Assembly (NCBI GenBank): GCA_003142795.1
Contig: PLNN01000024.1
Span: 1,078 to 65,077, forward strand
DNA: 64,000 bases
Source of the DNA: Candidatus Omnitrophota bacterium
GTDB taxonomy: Bacteria > Omnitrophota > Gorgyraeia > 2-01-FULL-45-10
Direction of reading: 5' to 3'
Positions 1 to 8,220 of this stretch are shown here, in pieces. The first letter of the stretch is position 1. Each line of letters opens with the position of its first letter. The position numbers were made by a program, and so were the translations under genes. Below the pieces are notes generated by a model. The model made no database searches and was not told where the DNA came from. It saw only the letters and a list, made by a program, of their open reading frames with translations.

Positions 1-567
1 GAAACAAATATAAGGTCGTCTGAGACAGGCGAAACGACAGGGCACACGCTCCCGGGGTTTTCCAGGCACGCCTTATTCTTGGCGCATGAAGTCGCGCTTT
101 TGACTATATTTGCGTCTATGTCCAATTTTTCTTTTTTAGGTTTGGTGTTTTCCGGCATATTTATTTCCTCTTACGTTTATTATTATTACTCAACCCCTCT
201 TCAGACAGTATCTTTTTGCATACTTCAGCCATGCATTTTTTACGTAAGACCGCGTCTTTTTCAAGGGTTGTCCAGAATGCCCTTGCCACTCTTCCCATAG
301 ACAAGTCAAGACCGGTTTGCGAGCGGACAGACCGGGTCGTCCTATCTATTATAGATTTTATCCGGCCGTTTATGCGGTACGAAGTCTTTAGCAGATGCTT
401 TGAGTCATTATTCATAATATTAAAAATGCGGATATTTGAGAGGTGCGTCTATATGTTAGGTTAAAAAGTTAGCTGGGTCAAGAACTATTTTGTCGGACAT
501 TGGATGAGGCCACAACTTACGGAAGGCCTTAAATTTGATAATTATTGACATTAAATTTTGAAGTATT

Positions 568-1284
568 ATGATATTCGATATGGCATTACACAATATAATC
601 CGCACGATCTCCAAATCAGGGCTATGTTCTCGGAAACAGGCGCTCTTACTCGTCCAAGAGGGTAAGGTCAGGGTAGGCGGGAAGGTAATCCTTGACCCTG
701 GACTTAAAGTGGACCATCCCGGCAAAATAACGGTCAATGGGAAACCTCTTGGCCAAAAAGCCAAGAGGTATATAATCCTGAACAAGCCTGCCGGATACGT
801 CACTACGCGCGTTGATGAGCTTAAGCGCCCTACGGTATATGAGTTCCTTAAAGATGTAAATGATTGGGTGTTTCCGGTAGGCAGACTTGATCTGGATTCC
901 GAAGGCCTTTTGATATTTACGAACGATACGAGATTCGGCGATGTCCTGACTGACCCTAAGTATGGGATCGAACGCACCTACGAAGTGCTTGTAGAGGGAT
1001 CCTTGCGAAGCGAGGATGTAAGGCATATCCTGAAAGGCGTAGATATAGGCTGCGGAGAAATAGCAAAACCAGTGCATTTAAAGGTCCTTGCCGCAAAAGA
1101 AGGATGCGCGCTTATCGAGATAACCCTTAGTGAAGGTAAGAACAGGGAGATAAGGCGCCTTTTCGAGTGCCTTGGGAAGCCTGTGAAGCAGCTAAAGCGA
1201 ATTAAATATGGCCCATTCAAGCTAGGGGCTATAAAGCCGGGCAAATGGGTCGAGATAAAAGACGCGCCCTCGAAGCTTCGATGA
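568..1284 (+). CDS. rRNA pseudouridine synthase (RsuA/RluB family), N-terminal S4-like RNA-binding domain
   Basis: 238 aa. Contains the VGRLDLDSEGLLIFTND motif that holds the catalytic Asp of the RsuA/RluB family, and an S4-like N-terminus (ICSRKQALLLVQEGKVRVGGK). Confidence 0.85.
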   Translation: MIFDMALHNIIRTISKSGLCSRKQALLLVQEGKVRVGGKVILDPGLKVDHPGKITVNGKPLGQKAKRYIILNKPAGYVTTRVDELKRPTVYEFLKDVNDWVFPVGRLDLDSEGLLIFTNDTRFGDVLTDPKYGIERTYEVLVEGSLRSEDVRHILKGVDIGCGEIAKPVHLKVLAAKEGCALIEITLSEGKNREIRRLFECLGKPVKQLKRIKYGPFKLGAIKPGKWVEIKDAPSKLR

Positions 1285-1381
1285 ATTTTCTTTAAAATCC
1301 TGATAATTATGATATAATATTATATGTAAATAAATATAAGGGGTCACGATGACCATTATAACTACAGATTGACGTATTGTC

Positions 1382-1415
1382 GAAGCTCTCGCAATAAGCG
1401 GGAGCTTTTCTATTT
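1382..1415 (+). terminator. Rho-independent terminator after the pseudouridine synthase gene
   Basis: GAAGCTCTCGC / GCGGGAGCTTT stem (about 10 bp, one G-U pair) followed by TTTTCTATTT. Confidence 0.5.
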
Positions 1416-1427
1416 GTAATATTAACT

Positions 1428-1790
1428 ATGGAGGTGGTTATGAAAAAGATCATGATGTTGATAGTGTTTTTAGCGGTGTTGGTGTGGAGCGTTTCCGGCT
1501 ATTGTCAGCCTTCGGGTCAAGCGGGAACTGGTAGCAGCGGCAGCAGCGTAGGAGACACAGGTAACGCGAGCAGCGCCGGGCAGGAAGCCCCGCCTTCAGC
1601 TCAAACTGGAAGCATGGGCAGCGCCAGCCAGGAATCCTCAGCAGTGAGCGAGTCTTCCAATAGATCTGACGCCATTGAGGATAACGCCCAGCAAGGGAGA
1701 GAGCAGTCTGAGAGTAATATAAATCATATGGAAGATCAGATGGCCTCTCACAGTACGTCGCAAAAAGAGGTTGATAAGATAGGCCGTTGA
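1428..1790 (+). CDS. secreted low-complexity protein (signal peptide, Ser/Gly/Ala-rich, acidic C-terminus)
   Basis: N-terminal hydrophobic signal MKKIMMLIVFLAVLVWSVSG, then SGSSGSS/ASSAG repeats. GGAGG ribosome-binding site upstream. Confidence 0.45.
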   Translation: MEVVMKKIMMLIVFLAVLVWSVSGYCQPSGQAGTGSSGSSVGDTGNASSAGQEAPPSAQTGSMGSASQESSAVSESSNRSDAIEDNAQQGREQSESNINHMEDQMASHSTSQKEVDKIGR

Positions 1791-1817
1791 AGCAGTCTGA
1801 TATTTTAGGAGATATTT

Positions 1818-2090
1818 ATGGCGGAGATTAAAGTCGAAAAGTTAGGGCGCGATGCGCTTGAGAAGATGGGTGTGTTCAAGTGGCCGGTATGGACTAAGGA
1901 AGTGTCGAAATTCGATTGGACCTATGACTCTGTCGAGCGCTGCTATTTTCTCGAGGGACAGGTTACGGTGAGTTGCAAAGGAGGCAAGGCGGTAAGTTTT
2001 GGGAAGGGTGATTTTGTGACGTTTCCGAATGGGCTAAGCTGTGTTTGGGATGTCAAGCAGGCGGTGAGGAAGCACTATCAGTTTGAGTAG
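1818..2090 (+). CDS. small cupin-fold protein (DUF861-like)
   Basis: 90 aa. The pattern GDFVTFPNGLSCVWDV resembles single-domain cupins. Confidence 0.55.
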   Translation: MAEIKVEKLGRDALEKMGVFKWPVWTKEVSKFDWTYDSVERCYFLEGQVTVSCKGGKAVSFGKGDFVTFPNGLSCVWDVKQAVRKHYQFE

Positions 2091-2098
2091 CGAAAATA

Positions 2099-2143
2099 GG
2101 GACTGTCCCCGGACTGGGGCTTGACTAAGGTGGGGACTGTCCC
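2099..2143. repeat. REP-like palindrome doublet (GGGACTGTCCC x2)
   Basis: gggactgtcccc...ggggactgtccc sits directly 3' of the cupin gene. The same GGGGAC/GTCCCC core recurs across the island. Confidence 0.4.
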
Positions 2144-2311
2144 AATTTTCGCTCGTGGTAGAATGTGCTGCGTCGAGTGGTTCGCAGGGACGCTCAATTT
2201 TGGACCATGCCAAAATTTTCGCTCGAAAAACTTGCTCGGACGCTGCCTCGCAAGTTTTCACGCCCTGCTCACCACATCGCCACATCACATTCCTGACGTA
2301 GCGAAAAATTT
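2144..2311. repeat. MITE-like / sRNA-like repeated element, copy A (terminal inverted repeat AATTTTCGC...GCGAAAAATT)
   Basis: About 90 % identical to 22161-22336. Termini are inverted repeats and the interior is strongly palindromic. It has no ORF. Confidence 0.5.
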
Positions 2312-2349
2312 AGCCATTATTGTTCGAGCGAGCAATTATTTAACTCTTG

Positions 2350-2380
2350 CGAGTCGAGAACTTCTCGACTCGGGATTTTT
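2350..2380 (+). terminator. Rho-independent terminator just downstream of MITE-like copy A
   Basis: CGAGTCGAG aactt CTCGACTCG perfect 9-bp stem followed by GGATTTTT. Confidence 0.5.
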
Positions 2381-2471
2381 CGTCAACGGGGCGGTGGCTG
2401 GTTCACTGACCGAGTGAGGCTGGTGCGTGATTGAATAGAGTGAGACGAACATTTTAAATAACGGAGGGGAC

Positions 2472-3152
2472 ATGAAAAATAAATTAATCGTATTATCTAT
2501 TTTATTAGGTTTACTGTTTCCCTCAACTCGAAATGCATATTCAGAAACTGCTCCAAGGCCTGCCTCCGACATAACAGTAATTTCGTTCAAGATCGAACAG
2601 CAGAAAGATACCTACCCTTATCCTGGCCCAATAGGGAGTAGCATAGATTCTATGGGCAACATTTATCGTAATAATGCCTATTTATGCGTTGATTTAAAAA
2701 ATAATAGCAATGCTTGGGAGTATGCCAACGTACCGTTAAGGATTTATTATTACGATAAAAATGATTTCAAGTTTTCAGAAGTGATAGTTAAAACTCCAAA
2801 TGGTGAAAAGATATCTTTGGGAGAAGAAAAGAAATTTAGAATATTTCTCGAAGGTTCAGAGTATCCCTATGAGCAAACAGTTGGTTTTAAATACAAGGTG
2901 ATCGTATCGCCTGAGGATATAAGGACAACCAGTGATTGGAGAAGCCTAAAGGTTGGTATGACCCAAGATGAAGTCCGCAAAATTTTGGGTGAACCCACGC
3001 ACATAGATGAGCCTGCTTCTGATAGCCCAACCTGGACATATTATGCAGGAGACTTGATCCCTTTATCAGGAAGCAGGGTATATTTTGGAACCATTGGGCC
3101 ATTATGGAATCAAAAGAAGTTGGTAGTAAAAAAATGGGAAGAGCCCCTGTAA
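2472..3152 (+). CDS. secreted protein with a C-terminal BamE/SmpA-OmlA-like domain
   Basis: Signal peptide MKNKLIVLSILLGLLFPSTRNAYS. The C-terminus has LKVGMTQDEVRKILGEP, typical of BamE-like domains. Its stop overlaps the start of the next gene (TAAATG), and the region is AT-rich. Confidence 0.45.
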   Translation: MKNKLIVLSILLGLLFPSTRNAYSETAPRPASDITVISFKIEQQKDTYPYPGPIGSSIDSMGNIYRNNAYLCVDLKNNSNAWEYANVPLRIYYYDKNDFKFSEVIVKTPNGEKISLGEEKKFRIFLEGSEYPYEQTVGFKYKVIVSPEDIRTTSDWRSLKVGMTQDEVRKILGEPTHIDEPASDSPTWTYYAGDLIPLSGSRVYFGTIGPLWNQKKLVVKKWEEPL

Positions 3153-3944
3153 ATGAATGTCAAATCAGTAAAGATGGAATTTAATACCATAAACGATGCA
3201 CGAAATTTAATTAAGGAGTTAGAATCTGAATCAAAAAAAGTTTTATTTAGAGGCCATTCTAATGCGGAATGGAAGCTACTGCCCTCGGTAGGAAGAAGTA
3301 ATAAGACCGTAATTGTTGAAAATAAGGAACTTGTTGAATTTAAGGCTACAGTCTTAGCGATATCAGAAAAGTATAAAGGCAACAAATATTTCCAAGAGTT
3401 TGGTTCGTCAGATTTTAGTTTATTTGCATTAGCGCAACATTACGAATTATTCCCTACACGGTTTCTTGATTGGACAGATCATGTATTAATTGCTCTGTTT
3501 TTCGCTAGTAATAATCATCCATCGTTAGATGGTTGTATTTGGATGTTTTCCGTGCCAGGTAATTCTAACCCCTGTTGGCGGATATCCGAAAGAAATGACG
3601 ACCCTTTAGCGTATGAGCAGTTAAAAATATTTTTTGTGCCATTCTTTATAGACGAATGGAGAGAGAAAATAGAAAATAAAACCTTTGGCAATCGGCGTCC
3701 ACAAGTACAGCGGTCCATAATGACCATCCATCCTAAAATAGAGAACAATTATAAGAGTTTGAACGAATTAATTGCTGGGGAAATGCTTTCTCAAATTAAA
3801 ATTCCAGCTCAAAGCAAGGAGAGTATTTTAAAAATTCTGTCCGAGGAATACTTCATTAATGCGGACACCATTTTAAATGGGAAAACTGCTCTAGACATAA
3901 AAAGTGAACAGGCTTGGAAAGATATCTTGCAGAAAAATATATGA
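3153..3944 (+). CDS. FRG-domain protein
   Basis: The N-terminal VLFRGHSNAEWKLLPSVGRS matches the FRG motif (F-R-G ... W.L.PS..R). 263 aa, translationally coupled to the upstream gene. Confidence 0.5.
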   Translation: MNVKSVKMEFNTINDARNLIKELESESKKVLFRGHSNAEWKLLPSVGRSNKTVIVENKELVEFKATVLAISEKYKGNKYFQEFGSSDFSLFALAQHYELFPTRFLDWTDHVLIALFFASNNHPSLDGCIWMFSVPGNSNPCWRISERNDDPLAYEQLKIFFVPFFIDEWREKIENKTFGNRRPQVQRSIMTIHPKIENNYKSLNELIAGEMLSQIKIPAQSKESILKILSEEYFINADTILNGKTALDIKSEQAWKDILQKNI

Positions 3945-3956
3945 ATTTGTAATAAC

Positions 3957-4011
3957 GGGGACGGTCCAGAAAGGGCCACCCCATGGGAGGGTACCAAAAG
4001 GACCGTCCCCA
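3957..4011. repeat. REP-like long hairpin (GGGGACGGTCC ... GGACCGTCCCC)
   Basis: 11-bp perfect inverted repeat with a loop of about 32 nt, lying between the FRG gene and the nuclease-domain gene. Confidence 0.45.
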
Positions 4012-4066
4012 GAAATTCATTAAAACGTGAAATAAAATATAAACCGAATAATTGGAAAACTAAACA

Positions 4067-5311
4067 ATGATAAATTCACAGGATGAACTATTGTTTCACG
4101 AAATAGATTTTCCAAATTTGCTCGGAGAAATGAAGAGAGGCCTTAATACAGAAATCTCGTCATTAAGTCGTGATCGAATGCTTAAAGAATCCGATGATGA
4201 TCTTTACGCTTTCTTTGTTGAAAAATACTCTCCCGTAGTCGCTGTATTACATGATGAACAAAAACATGTACTCCCTCCAAAGGATATTCGCATAGATGTT
4301 AGAGGTCGTTTTGATTACGCAATAGAGGATGAGAGGGCGCCTGCATTCGTCAAAGGAACTTTAATTACAATTGTAATTCCGTTTGAAGGCGACAGCCAAT
4401 ATTTTAAATTCCGGCCTTCAGCATATTCATTGTCCGGCGTTCGTGGTGATATTATTGATAATGAAGTGCATTTGAAATATTCGGGCCTCCCTCAAGACAT
4501 GAGTACAGAAGCTATAAAAACTAAAATGGAGCACGATATCAAACAGATAAAGGAATATTTAACACGATTGTCGCAAGAAACCGAAACTCATAATAAATAT
4601 GTAAAAGATGAAACACGAAAACTTCTTGATGCAAGAAGAAATGCGGTTCTGAAAGATGAATCATTAGTTGAGAGCCTCGGAATACCCATTAAGCGGCGGC
4701 CCGATGATAATTCAACTTTTACTATTCCAGTTGTAAGGAGGATGCCTGCGATTGAACAACATCACGATAAAACTCCTAAGCCAAGAGAGCCTATTTTACA
4801 AGAAGTAGAATATAACCACATTTTAGACTTGATTTCACGCATGGCTATTGTTATGGAGCGTAGCCCAAAAGCTTTTTACGAAATGGATGAGGAATCGATA
4901 AGATGGCAATTTTTAATTCCACTAAATAGCCATTATGAAGGCATGGCCTCAGGAGAAACGTTTAATTATTCTGGCAAAACAGATATACTTATTCGTTTTG
5001 AGGGCAAAAATGTGTTTATTGCCGAATGTAAAATTTGGCAAGGTGCAAAGGTATTTCTCGATACTATTGACCAAATTTTGAAATATACTAGCTGGCGCGA
5101 TACCAAAACTGCGATTATCTTGTTTAATAAAAATGAAAACTTTACATCAGTTCTTGCACAGATCCCGAATCTAGTTAAAACGCACCCATCTTTTGTATCT
5201 GATTTAGGAAAGCGAGACGAGACAATTTTTAAATTTATCCTTCATAACCCCGAGGATAAAGACAGAAAATTAATCATGACGGTTTTGGCATTTAACATTC
5301 CAAAAAAATAA
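4067..5311 (+). CDS. hypothetical protein with a C-terminal PD-(D/E)xK nuclease-like domain (Shedu/Mrr-like architecture; N-terminus unknown)
   Basis: 414 aa. The C-terminal motif GKTDILIRFEGKNVFIAECKIW reads as D-x(n)-E-x-K, the catalytic signature of the PD-(D/E)xK nuclease fold. AT-rich. Confidence 0.45.
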   Translation: MINSQDELLFHEIDFPNLLGEMKRGLNTEISSLSRDRMLKESDDDLYAFFVEKYSPVVAVLHDEQKHVLPPKDIRIDVRGRFDYAIEDERAPAFVKGTLITIVIPFEGDSQYFKFRPSAYSLSGVRGDIIDNEVHLKYSGLPQDMSTEAIKTKMEHDIKQIKEYLTRLSQETETHNKYVKDETRKLLDARRNAVLKDESLVESLGIPIKRRPDDNSTFTIPVVRRMPAIEQHHDKTPKPREPILQEVEYNHILDLISRMAIVMERSPKAFYEMDEESIRWQFLIPLNSHYEGMASGETFNYSGKTDILIRFEGKNVFIAECKIWQGAKVFLDTIDQILKYTSWRDTKTAIILFNKNENFTSVLAQIPNLVKTHPSFVSDLGKRDETIFKFILHNPEDKDRKLIMTVLAFNIPKK

Positions 5312-5401
5312 GGGATAACGGTGCTAGATTAATTGTGGGGACGGGGATGGAGGCGATCCCAGACCTGTTCCGGGACAAAAGATATAGGAGAGATAATGTA
5401 A

Positions 5402-5863
5402 ATGTGTCCTACGACTGGCTTGTTGCAATTGGTTCTCACTGGATTATTCCTCTTTCTCGTATTCCAGGTTATAAAGACGTATAATGCCGCTAAAACGAAT
5501 TTTGGGACACTTTCAGGATTGTTATCAACGCCGAAGACTAAATGGGGATATTTGTCTATCAGGCTTGAGGGGACTTATAAGGGCAGAAAGGCGGCATTGA
5601 ACTATTGGTTGGTGGGAGTTGAAGGGGGTTATCAAATAGACTTTTACATCGAACCGATAGGCGATTTAAAGAAACAAAAATTTATTTTTTTGAGTTATCC
5701 GAAGCCGACAGAAAACACTGTTTTAAGAGGAAAAAAGCTTCTCTATTCAGATCCCTATTTCCGCAATAGGCCGCATGAGATATATCCTGTTCAGAAATTT
5801 ACAGATATATTGGAAACGTTGACCCAGGCAGCCGGTATAGTGGAAAGTCAGGGGAGAAAATAG
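5402..5863 (+). CDS. hypothetical protein with an N-terminal transmembrane helix
   Basis: 153 aa with hydrophobic N-terminus LLQLVLTGLFLFLVF. No recognisable domain. Confidence 0.35.
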   Translation: MCPTTGLLQLVLTGLFLFLVFQVIKTYNAAKTNFGTLSGLLSTPKTKWGYLSIRLEGTYKGRKAALNYWLVGVEGGYQIDFYIEPIGDLKKQKFIFLSYPKPTENTVLRGKKLLYSDPYFRNRPHEIYPVQKFTDILETLTQAAGIVESQGRK

Positions 5864-5887
5864 CGAGTTTATGGAATTTGGAATTCA

Positions 5888-5900
5888 GGGGACGTTCCCC
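5888..5900. repeat. REP-like palindrome GGGGACGTTCCCC (left flank of the transposase)
   Basis: This is the exact inverted copy of GGGGAACGTCCCC at 6647-6659 on the other side of the Y1 transposase gene. Confidence 0.5.
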
Positions 5901-6047
5901 AAGGCGACAGACTGTTAGATTGTAACGCATTGTAAACAAAGATGTTGTAACTGCGTTAAGAAATATTTTAAAATAATTGCAATAATTTTCCTCTTTTTAT
6001 CGTCTATATATATGAGAAGCATATAGACTGAAAAAGGAGGATTTTTT

Positions 6048-6635
6048 ATGTCAAGACAAGCCCGCTTATTGGAAGATGGCGGCTATTATCACATCATTAC
6101 CCGTGGTAATGATCGCAAGCGGATATTCCGATCTGACCCTGATTTCATCTATTTTTTAAAACTTGTCAAAGAAGCCCTGGGAAAGAAGAGTATTAATATT
6201 CATCACTATTGCCTGATGAATAATCATCTGCATTTTCTGATAAGCGTTATTGATTCAAGGCTAGCGCCGAAGTTCTTCCAAAACATATTTCAGCGATATG
6301 CCTATTATTTCCGTAAACGTTACCGGCATGTAGGCTATCTATTTCAAAATAGGTATAAAAGCTATCCGATCGAAAAGGATGGCTACTTATTGGAATGCGG
6401 CCGATATATCGAAAGAAACCCTTTAAGGGCAGGCATTGTTAAAGATGCGGTGGATTATCGATGGTCCAGTTATTTACATTATGCCTGTGGCAAAAAAGAT
6501 GATATAATATTATCAAATCCTGCGTACATAGAATTATCACAGGATGATGATGAGCGTAAGCGTTTATATAGGGAATACATTCTTCAGGAAAGACCTTACG
6601 AACATCTTGTAGATAAAGGACTTAGGGTCGGGTAG
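6048..6635 (+). CDS. HUH/Y1 transposase, IS200-like / REP-associated tyrosine transposase (RAYT)-like
   Basis: 195 aa. N-terminal YHIITRGNDR, the HUH motif NNHLHFLI, the Tyr motif GYLFQNRYKSY, and the C-terminal NPLRAGIV...YRWSSY typical of IS200-like/RAYT proteins. Confidence 0.75.
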   Translation: MSRQARLLEDGGYYHIITRGNDRKRIFRSDPDFIYFLKLVKEALGKKSINIHHYCLMNNHLHFLISVIDSRLAPKFFQNIFQRYAYYFRKRYRHVGYLFQNRYKSYPIEKDGYLLECGRYIERNPLRAGIVKDAVDYRWSSYLHYACGKKDDIILSNPAYIELSQDDDERKRLYREYILQERPYEHLVDKGLRVG

Positions 6636-6638
6636 TGT

Positions 6639-6659
6639 GTCCCCGCGGGGAACGTCCCC
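6639..6659. repeat. REP-like palindrome GTCCCCGCGGGGAACGTCCCC (right flank of the transposase)
   Basis: Contains GGGGAACGTCCCC, the reverse complement of the left-flank copy, plus a nested CCCCGCGGGG palindrome. Confidence 0.5.
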
Positions 6660-6686
6660 GATAGTGAATAACTAACTAGGAGAATT

Positions 6687-6938
6687 ATGCGTAAATTTGT
6701 TATGGTTTTAGCGCTGATCGTGGGACTGTCTATTACGGTTTACGCCGCCGATGAGAAGAAAGTTAAAGGCATAGAGGTGGTGCCGGAAACAGTAACCGCC
6801 GTGGTTGATAAGACAAACGCATTATTGTCGGGCAAGCTGGAATTTACGATGACGGAAGATAGGTCCAAATATAATAAAAAATATACAGTGAACGCCCTCG
6901 GAAATAAAGTCCCGGCTTCAACTGTTACGAAAAATTGA
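6687..6938 (+). CDS. small secreted protein
   Basis: Signal peptide MRKFVMVLALIVGLSITVYAADEK, with an AGGAG ribosome-binding site. Confidence 0.4.
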   Translation: MRKFVMVLALIVGLSITVYAADEKKVKGIEVVPETVTAVVDKTNALLSGKLEFTMTEDRSKYNKKYTVNALGNKVPASTVTKN

Positions 6939-6958
6939 AAACGTTTAAATATGGAATC

Positions 6959-6992
6959 TGGGGACGGGCCATTTGGGGACACGCGGCGGAGG
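6959..6992. repeat. REP-like GGGGAC cluster containing the 21-mer TTTGGGGACACGCGGCGGAGG
   Basis: ggggacgggccatttggggacacgcggcggagg. The same 21-mer recurs at about 8232-8252. Confidence 0.4.
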
Positions 6993-7039
6993 GGGATGCG
7001 CCGAAGCAGGACGTTTACACAATGTCTGGGGCGACTGTA

Positions 7040-7434
7040 TGAAAATTGCGTTTAATGTTTTAGTTTTTATGTGCATATTTCTTTCTTTGGGGTTAACGGG
7101 ATGTCAAAATTCCGATCTTAAGGATCCGTACGAGATAAATGTAATCAAGGCAAAGACGCTTCCGCTAGGTATTCCAAAGGGCATGCTAATACCAGAAATG
7201 AGAGGTGCGCCTTTACAATCCTCTGGTTTTACGAAAGATGAAAAATATGAGATCATTTATTTTAAAACACCCCCCATCAATTCTGAGAATGTAGGCGTGC
7301 TTGTTGAAGTGAGTAGCCAACAAGTTGTAGGATTTCGGGTTTACGAGTGGGTATATAGAGCGCTTGATCAATATGTGGACGTAGTGCGAAAAGAATTTAA
7401 TATGACCTCAGATAAAGCACAACGGTTGCCATAG
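7040..7434 (+). CDS. lipoprotein (lipobox LTGC)
   Basis: The internal start MKIAFNVLVFMCIFLSLGLTGCQN gives a signal peptide plus lipobox. The track ORF begins upstream at 6973 with a glycine-rich unlikely N-terminus. Confidence 0.5.
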
Positions 7435-7480
7435 CAAAATAAGTCAAAGGAGTAAGAACCAGGATAGAAGGGACGAATAA

Positions 7481-7639
7481 ATGAAAAAATGTAAAAGGTG
7501 CGGGGTGCCGATGGAGGGGTTCATGTATAAGTGGGTGGCGGCGAAGCTATTTGGCGTAAAACCATCCGGGAAGAATGCGGATCTGTGCAATAAGTGCGAG
7601 GACAAGCCGGAGAAAACTTGGGGGTGCTGTAAATAAAAT
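7481..7639 (+). CDS. small zinc-ribbon protein (CxxC...CxxC, 52 aa)
   Basis: MKKCKRCGVPMEG...CNKCEDKPEKTWGCCK. Sits in an intergenic gap on the + strand and is below the ORF-track length cutoff. Confidence 0.3.
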
Positions 7640-7704
7640 TCGGGGATATGGGTCCTTGACAAGGTTCATCACTTATGATACACTTATAGCAGGAGGTGAA
7701 TGAT

Positions 7705-7935
7705 ATGGCTACAAAGATGCCGAGACTCAATGTGGTGCTTGAACCACCGATGTATTTTGCCATTGTCAGTATGGCCAAAAAGGAAGGGATATCTCTTTCC
7801 CTGAAAGCCCGTGATCTCATACGGGAAGCGTTGGATTTCTGCGAAGATAGCTTTTGGACTAAAGAAGCGAACAAAAGAGAAAGAACATTCAGCCGCAAAA
7901 GAGCGCTTTCCCATAAAAAGGTTTGGGGTAAGTGA
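7705..7935 (+). CDS. type II antitoxin, ribbon-helix-helix-like
   Basis: The ATG at ~7705 is preceded by AGGAGG. MATKMPRLNVVLEPPMYFAIVSMAKKEGISL has a beta-strand then helices. Its stop overlaps the toxin's start codon. Confidence 0.55.
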   Translation: MATKMPRLNVVLEPPMYFAIVSMAKKEGISLSLKARDLIREALDFCEDSFWTKEANKRERTFSRKRALSHKKVWGK

Positions 7936-8210
7936 TGAAGTATAGTTTGATCTATCATCCCGACGTATACGGTGAAGATATTAAGAATATTCCCGCCAAC
8001 ATAAAAAAGCGTATACGCAATGCTATCGAAACGCGCCTTCAGAACGATCCAATACTTTACGGTAAACCTTTGCGTCAAAGCCTCAAAGGGCATAGGCGGC
8101 TTCGCGTCGGCGATTGGCGTGTCATTTATAGAGTAGAAGCACATGAAGTTGTAATTCTCAGGATAGGGCACCGGAAAGAGATCTATAACAAGCCTCCCCG
8201 AAGATTCTGA
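7935..8210 (+). CDS. relE: type II toxin, RelE/ParE family
   Basis: LRVGDWRVIYRVEAHEVVILRIGHRKEIY matches the RelE/ParE C-terminal motif. About 91 aa, overlapping the antitoxin stop. Confidence 0.75.
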   Translation: MKYSLIYHPDVYGEDIKNIPANIKKRIRNAIETRLQNDPILYGKPLRQSLKGHRRLRVGDWRVIYRVEAHEVVILRIGHRKEIYNKPPRRF

Positions 8211-8220
8211 TAGGAAATCC

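Noticed and set aside
79-464. Short ORFs of 73-84 aa at the window start
   Set aside because: Mutually overlapping on both strands, low complexity, and no ribosome-binding sites.
1-560. rRNA, RNase P or tmRNA at the window start
   Set aside because: No conserved motifs of these RNAs are present (no GGGG...tag-reading-frame/CCA pattern for tmRNA, no P4 motif for RNase P).
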